A program made the translations under genes and the position numbers. A stretch of 64,000 nucleotides of DNA from Patescibacteria group bacterium (GTDB taxonomy: Bacteria; Patescibacteriota; Minisyncoccia; Ryanbacterales; GWA2-47-10b), in assembly GCA_038064855.1 (NCBI GenBank), contig JBBTSE010000002.1, forward strand, positions 8,530-72,529, read 5' to 3'. Below the pieces are notes generated by a model. That model saw only the letters and a program-made list of their open reading frames with translations. It did no database searches and was not told where the DNA came from. Shown in pieces: positions 58,965 to 64,000 of this stretch. Position 1 is the first letter of the stretch. The number at the start of each line of letters is the position of its first letter.

Positions 58965-61397
58965 ATGCACTCGAAGAAAAGTGGCCTCATCACCGTGGCG
59001 ACGATTTTCGTCACCGTTCTACTTTCTGCAACAGCTGATGCGTATCAGACTATCGCGCACCGCTACATCACCTGCAAGGCGCTCGAGGGCTTGCGTGACC
59101 CTTTGCCCGAAGCTCATACGGAGTTTCGTCAGTACGCCCATTGCGACGACTGCACTATCTTCAAAGGGGACTACTGCATTGGTCTTTCTCTTTTACCCCC
59201 TGCCCCTTCTCAGTCGCTAATTCACGCCATTCGAACGCCAGAGTGGCAGGAGGTAGAGTTTTGCGGCGGTCTGAATGGACCAACCTATCAACCTCCTGGG
59301 CATATTACTATCGCAGAACTAGAGGTTCTATACGACGGCGATGATCTAGTTACGGGGTCGTCAGTTGAAGATGCTTTGAATGCAGTTGATCCACGAAGTA
59401 ATCTTTTTACGCCAGCCTTCGCCAGTCACTTTTGGGATCCTGATATCTATCACTCTTCATTTGTAGGTGACTTTGATGGAGGGCTAGCTGTCGCCGTTCG
59501 ACCAATAACCCGTTTTCTCTTCTGCGATTCTGGTATCTCAAATAAGTGTCGTGTTCGTCAGTCTTCGTATCATCGAGCTCAGGCACTTTGGGCGACTGCC
59601 GTCTCGCTTTATCGCGAAGGCAAGACCCGAGAGTCGTACTATGCTCTAGGTCGCGTCGCTCATCTACTTGAAGATCTCACGAGTCCTGCGCACGTGCATG
59701 GTGATAACCATAATGGGGATAAGAGATCTAGACCATTCTTGCATACTTGCTGTGGAGGCGGTCGTCACCCCGACTCTCGTCCAGACACCCTCGAAACCTA
59801 CACGGCGAGCAAAGAGGTACTCCAGCGAATGAATCGCAAGAAGATCCGTCCATACAAAGACGAGCAACTTTTGAGTGATGACATTTGGGATTCGCTCGAT
59901 GCTGACCAAAAAGGGCGTCTCTTCAAACTCTTTTGGTTTACCGCTCAGAAGACACAATACTGGGCGAGCAATGGTGATCAAAATCCAAACGGGCCGCTTC
60001 CCGGTGATCAGCAATGTAGCGAGGATATCCCTGATACTTCAACCATCTGCGACGAGTATGCGTTTGGTACGCTCGGCGAGCCGAACATTTACTTCGATAA
60101 AGATGGCAATACAGGATTTCTCCCGCTCGATCTCTGGTCAGCAAGCAACTCGCCGCTCACACTTCCGTGCAGAATCAATACTTCACTGCCGGGAGAGCAG
60201 AAGCGAATGGCGAAAGCTCTCTTGGGGCACAGCCTTTCCGCCGTCTCCGGTCTGTACCGCCTATTCTGGGATCAGACGCACGATCAAGACGGCGATGGAT
60301 ACGGCGTAGTCACTGACTGCGACGATGCCAATCAGTCGCGCTTTCCCGGCAACGCCGAGATCTGCACTGACCAGTTCGACAACAACTGCGACGGCACGGT
60401 CAACGAAAACTGCCCGTCGTTCACCATCACGCACAACCCGTGGAATGGTGACGGGCACCCGCACAACCTTGCCGATATTCAAGTTATTCGATCGGGACTC
60501 CTCTCTTCGTTGACAAGGCTTACTATAAATCCGGTGGGTGGATTCAATGAAGATGTGGAATTGCGTCTTGTGGGTGTTGCTCCCGACGAAGAACCGACAG
60601 GTCTTCCTGACGGTCTCGATGATGACTCTCTCCCTGATATTGGTGACGGCATACCTGATAGTGCGTATTCTCTCACCAGTCCTCCATGCTTGCCTCAATG
60701 TATAGGCGCGCGGTTCGGTGTCGGCGCAGGCATTCCCATCGACACAGTGAGCGCGAGCAACTACTCTATAGACTTCAGGGTAAAGACTCTCCCAGCGTTG
60801 CCGGTAGGGCGCTATATGGTCAAAGTTGAGGGCACAGCGGCTACCCCAGATGGCCCCGTGACTGGCTTTACTGAACTCGTGCTTGTGGTCGGTGACAGTA
60901 CATCAGTACCCTCCTTTACCATCACGCACAATCCCCGACCCGATTCTCACCCGCACCATCTGGCAGACATGACGATGGGTAGCTCTCAGCTCTCCTCCGA
61001 AGTCATCATTGGTGTGCAAGGCGTCGACGGGTTCGATGGTATGGTGACATTGACCGTCGTCGGTATGTCTCTCGACTATGAGCCCGTCAGAGTGCCCGAT
61101 GGCCCCGATAGTAATTCTTTGCCAGACGATCAGGGTGACGGTATTCCCGACGATTCAACCTATAGTACCGCAGTAGCTCAAAAGCTTACGCCCGTATTAG
61201 ATGGCGTCAACCGCTACTCAATCAATGTTTTGGCGGGGAGTAGTGTCGCGTTCAAGATTAGGAGAGTCAATCTCCCTCCTAATCGATACATGATCAAAAT
61301 CGTGGGTACCGCGACCGTCGGCAGTGATATCATCACAAATTCCAGTGAGATCTTGGTGGCAGTCGGCGAAGGTACATCCGGCTACATCGAGCAGTAG
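58965..61397 (+). CDS. Secreted Zn-dependent phospholipase C/S1-P1-fold protein with Cys metal-binding motif and duplicated C-terminal domains
   Basis: Signal peptide; AHRYIT, SHFWDPD, LGRVAHLLEDLTSPAHVH; DQDGDGY..DCDD..AEICTDQFDNNCDG; two SFTITHNP..H.LAD repeats. Confidence 0.85.
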   Translation: MHSKKSGLITVATIFVTVLLSATADAYQTIAHRYITCKALEGLRDPLPEAHTEFRQYAHCDDCTIFKGDYCIGLSLLPPAPSQSLIHAIRTPEWQEVEFCGGLNGPTYQPPGHITIAELEVLYDGDDLVTGSSVEDALNAVDPRSNLFTPAFASHFWDPDIYHSSFVGDFDGGLAVAVRPITRFLFCDSGISNKCRVRQSSYHRAQALWATAVSLYREGKTRESYYALGRVAHLLEDLTSPAHVHGDNHNGDKRSRPFLHTCCGGGRHPDSRPDTLETYTASKEVLQRMNRKKIRPYKDEQLLSDDIWDSLDADQKGRLFKLFWFTAQKTQYWASNGDQNPNGPLPGDQQCSEDIPDTSTICDEYAFGTLGEPNIYFDKDGNTGFLPLDLWSASNSPLTLPCRINTSLPGEQKRMAKALLGHSLSAVSGLYRLFWDQTHDQDGDGYGVVTDCDDANQSRFPGNAEICTDQFDNNCDGTVNENCPSFTITHNPWNGDGHPHNLADIQVIRSGLLSSLTRLTINPVGGFNEDVELRLVGVAPDEEPTGLPDGLDDDSLPDIGDGIPDSAYSLTSPPCLPQCIGARFGVGAGIPIDTVSASNYSIDFRVKTLPALPVGRYMVKVEGTAATPDGPVTGFTELVLVVGDSTSVPSFTITHNPRPDSHPHHLADMTMGSSQLSSEVIIGVQGVDGFDGMVTLTVVGMSLDYEPVRVPDGPDSNSLPDDQGDGIPDDSTYSTAVAQKLTPVLDGVNRYSINVLAGSSVAFKIRRVNLPPNRYMIKIVGTATVGSDIITNSSEILVAVGEGTSGYIEQ

Positions 61398-61403
61398 CTC
61401 AAC

Positions 61404-61432
61404 CCGCCTAGAGCAACCCTCTAGGCGATTTT
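61404..61432 (+). terminator. Terminator, duplicate of 58529-58557
   Basis: Identical 29-mer. Confidence 0.85.
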
Positions 61433-61463
61433 TTTTTGGTGTGGTAACAGCTACACTATATAC

Positions 61464-62096
61464 ATGAAATTAAATCTTTCTCGCGGTTCTTCGCCTCTCA
61501 TTATTGTCGCTCTCACTATTGTCGTAATCATCGTCATCGGTGGGGGGTACTATTATTTTACTCAGTCTCCAAAAGGTGAGATGGCCTGCTCTGCCGAGGC
61601 AAAGCTTTGCCCTGACGGTAGTGCCGTGGGCCGCACGGGTCCCAACTGCGAATTTGCCCCGTGTCCCAATGCGGATATGCCAAAAGATGCGTTGCCGCCT
61701 CCGGCGAAAGAAACACAACCCATCACTTTCACTGGCACGGTGCTAGCAGGATCAAAGTCACCGCTCATTGATTACAACAAAGCTGATTATGACAAGGCGC
61801 TTGCGTCAGACAAATTGGTAGTGTTGTATTTCTATGCAAATTGGTGCCCTATTTGCCGTGTAGAATTCCCTGAAGCACAAAAAGCATTCAATGAACTTAA
61901 CGATGATCGCGTGGTGGGCTTCCGTATCAACTACGAAGATAGTGATGTCACGCCTGATGAAAAAGTACTCGCGCGCGAGTTCAATATTACCTACCAGCAC
62001 ACCAAGGTGTTGATCAAAAATGGCAAGCGTATTCTTAAAGCGCCCGAGACTTGGAATAAAGATCGTTATCTTTCAAAGATTAAAGAGAATCTCTAA
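61464..62096 (+). CDS. Membrane-anchored thioredoxin with Cys-rich motif
   Basis: ACSAEAKLCPDGS; FYANWCPIC. Confidence 0.9.
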   Translation: MKLNLSRGSSPLIIVALTIVVIIVIGGGYYYFTQSPKGEMACSAEAKLCPDGSAVGRTGPNCEFAPCPNADMPKDALPPPAKETQPITFTGTVLAGSKSPLIDYNKADYDKALASDKLVVLYFYANWCPICRVEFPEAQKAFNELNDDRVVGFRINYEDSDVTPDEKVLAREFNITYQHTKVLIKNGKRILKAPETWNKDRYLSKIKENL

Positions 62097-62099
62097 GGT

Positions 62100-62864
62100 A
62101 TGAAACCAAAGCGCGATTGGAATATATTTTTCTCGGCAGTATTCTTTGTCCTTGGGTTTTCTCTCGTTTTCTCATTGTTGGGTGTGCTCTTGCAAACAGT
62201 TCTCTCAAATCTTGCATATGACGCGCAGATATGGGCACAGCGGATTGGCGGTGCCGTTGTCATTCTTTTCGGTCTGTATCTGACGGGTCTGGTCCGCATT
62301 CCGTTTCTTGAACGCGAATACAAAGTAAAAGTGCGCGGGCATTTTCGCTCGCACTTTATTACTTCGTTTTTGTTTGGCGCCGCGTTTGCTGCTGGCTGGA
62401 CGCCGTGCGTGTCAGCGGCGCTCGGTGCTATCTTGGCGCTTGCGAGTACCAACCCATCGTCAGCATTTGTGTTGCTCTTTGCCTACACGCTCGGCATTGG
62501 CATTCCGTTTTTACTCGTCGGGCTTTTTACCACACAAGCGCAAGAGCTTATCGGTCGCGCAGGAAAAAAACTTTTGTATTTCCAATATTTTTTCGGCGCC
62601 ATACTCATCGCCATCGGCGTTTTGATGTTTGTGGGCGATTTGAGCCGAGTCGCTAACCTCGAGATTTTGACGACCATTCTTCTCAAGTTTGGAGTTGGCA
62701 CAAGCGCGGGCGATGGCATCATGGCGCTCAGCCCCATCACCTTTGGCATCGCGCTCTTTGCTGGGTTTGCGTCATTTCTGAGTCCGTGCATATTACCTAT
62801 CGTGCCCGGATTTTTGACATATCTTGCGTCAACCGCAGCAAAAGAAAACGAAACTCATGGATAA
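62100..62864 (+). CDS. ccdA: CcdA/DsbD transmembrane redox protein (permuted motif order)
   Basis: GWTPCV in the middle; AGFASFLSPCILPIVP at the C-terminus. Confidence 0.9.
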   Translation: MKPKRDWNIFFSAVFFVLGFSLVFSLLGVLLQTVLSNLAYDAQIWAQRIGGAVVILFGLYLTGLVRIPFLEREYKVKVRGHFRSHFITSFLFGAAFAAGWTPCVSAALGAILALASTNPSSAFVLLFAYTLGIGIPFLLVGLFTTQAQELIGRAGKKLLYFQYFFGAILIAIGVLMFVGDLSRVANLEILTTILLKFGVGTSAGDGIMALSPITFGIALFAGFASFLSPCILPIVPGFLTYLASTAAKENETHG

Positions 62865-64000
62865 TACTTTACGCACGAGTATCCTTGTCGTTGTACTCGC
62901 ACTCATCGGCGGCAGTATTTATTATTTTGAATCGCAAAAAGTAAAACCAAATATTTCGATGCCGGAAAGTACTCAGGCAGATATCGCCCCGCGCGTCGTT
63001 GATGCCGATATGTTGCCGCCAGCACCTGGTGAAGGAAAGCCAGCCACTGCACCTGCTGGCATAAAAAAATCGGAGATGTATGGGCTCGCCAAAGAAATCG
63101 CCTCACCGTCAGGGTTCGTCAACACCAAACCATTTCGCATTCAGGATTTGATTGGCAAAAAAGTTATCTTAGTAGATTTTTGGACATATTCGTGTATCAA
63201 CTGTCAGCGTACTCAACCGTATCTCAACGCGTGGTATGACAAATATCACGACCAAGGTCTTGAGATTGTAGGTGTGCATACGCCCGAGTTTGGCTTCGAG
63301 AAAATATTGGCAAATGTGGAAAAGGCATCGCGCGATGCGAACATAAAGTATCCGGTAGTGCTCGATAATGATTATGCGACATGGAACGCGTACAAAAATC
63401 GTTTTTGGCCGCGCAAATATTTAATCGATATCGATGGCTATATCATCTACGATCATATCGGTGAGGGCGGGTACGCCGAGACCGAAAAGAAGATTCAAAC
63501 GGCACTCAGCGAGCGCATGGTAGTTTTAAATGAACGAGGGAGTGTTGCTGGCGGTACGGTGACACCTAGCGCTGATACGCCGAGTTTCAATCAGCAAATG
63601 TCGCGAGAGACTTATTTTGGCGCGTGGCGCAATACCAACTTTGGCAATGGTACACCGAGCACAGAAGGTGAGAAAACATTTGCGGTACCCGATGCAAAAA
63701 ATATTGATGCAGAAAAGTTTTATCTTGATGGTGCGTGGCAGATAGCGCGCGAGTATGCGAAAAACACTGAGAAGGGCGCGCGGCTCGTATTTCGATTTCG
63801 AGCCAAAGATGTCCATATGGTAGCGGGAGCGCCCAATGGCGCCAAAATCCGTATACTGCAAGATGGTAAGCCAGTCTCGGGAGGGGATGTCAAAAATGGC
63901 GAGCTCCAGATCCATGACTCAAAGCGCTACCATCTCATAGAAAATAGCTCATTTGGCGAGCATGTACTCGAGATATATATAGAAGACGCAGGACTTGAGG
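62857..64000 (+). CDS. DipZ-like thioredoxin-domain protein (3' truncated by window)
   Basis: ATG at 62857; LVDFWTYSCINCQRT, GVHTPEF, WPRKYLID, HIGEGGY. Confidence 0.92.
   Translation, partial: MDNTLRTSILVVVLALIGGSIYYFESQKVKPNISMPESTQADIAPRVVDADMLPPAPGEGKPATAPAGIKKSEMYGLAKEIASPSGFVNTKPFRIQDLIGKKVILVDFWTYSCINCQRTQPYLNAWYDKYHDQGLEIVGVHTPEFGFEKILANVEKASRDANIKYPVVLDNDYATWNAYKNRFWPRKYLIDIDGYIIYDHIGEGGYAETEKKIQTALSERMVVLNERGSVAGGTVTPSADTPSFNQQMSRETYFGAWRNTNFGNGTPSTEGEKTFAVPDAKNIDAEKFYLDGAWQIAREYAKNTEKGARLVFRFRAKDVHMVAGAPNGAKIRILQDGKPVSGGDVKNGELQIHDSKRYHLIENSSFGEHVLEIYIEDAGLE

Noticed and set aside
22900-64000. Alternative genetic code (TGA=Gly) in the CPR half
   Set aside because: Core genes are full length in code 11 and some pilin ORFs end at TGA overlapping the next start

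Overview
The window has two compositionally distinct halves. Bases ~1-22800 are a high-GC integrative island. It carries a large serine recombinase fused to XRE-HTH domains, an IS256 remnant, a membrane-WYL protein, two VirD4/HerA-like ATPases, large secreted Cys-rich/NHL/SH3-lipase proteins, a LuxR-type regulator, RadC, HicAB and a NUDIX hydrolase. Bases ~22800-64000 are lower-GC chromosome with a Patescibacteria (CPR, Parcubacteria-like) gene set: yraN with a parS cluster, hup, rny, gpmI, clpP, a short tig, hppA, nusA, a two-component system, a large type IV pilus locus, RAYT, rpmB and ccdA/thioredoxins. The boundary falls exactly on a tmRNA/tRNA-Ala-type 3' end, which suggests real integration, although a chimeric assembly is not excluded. 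Most striking observations: (1) a tRNA-Gly(TCC) split in its anticodon by a 210-bp element with 47-bp hairpin terminal inverted repeats that carries a second, different, intact tRNA-Gly(TCC); (2) a recurring folded element downstream of three different tRNA/tmRNA 3' ends (inverted cognate T-loop box + hairpins + duplicated 3' end), one pair of which brackets a cargo gene like an integron cassette; (3) an intact attP-like inverted repeat inside the recombinase-HTH fusion ORF; (4) a TA module bracketed by a duplicated RAYT/REP end. Family assignments come from motif recognition by eye; no database searches were run.
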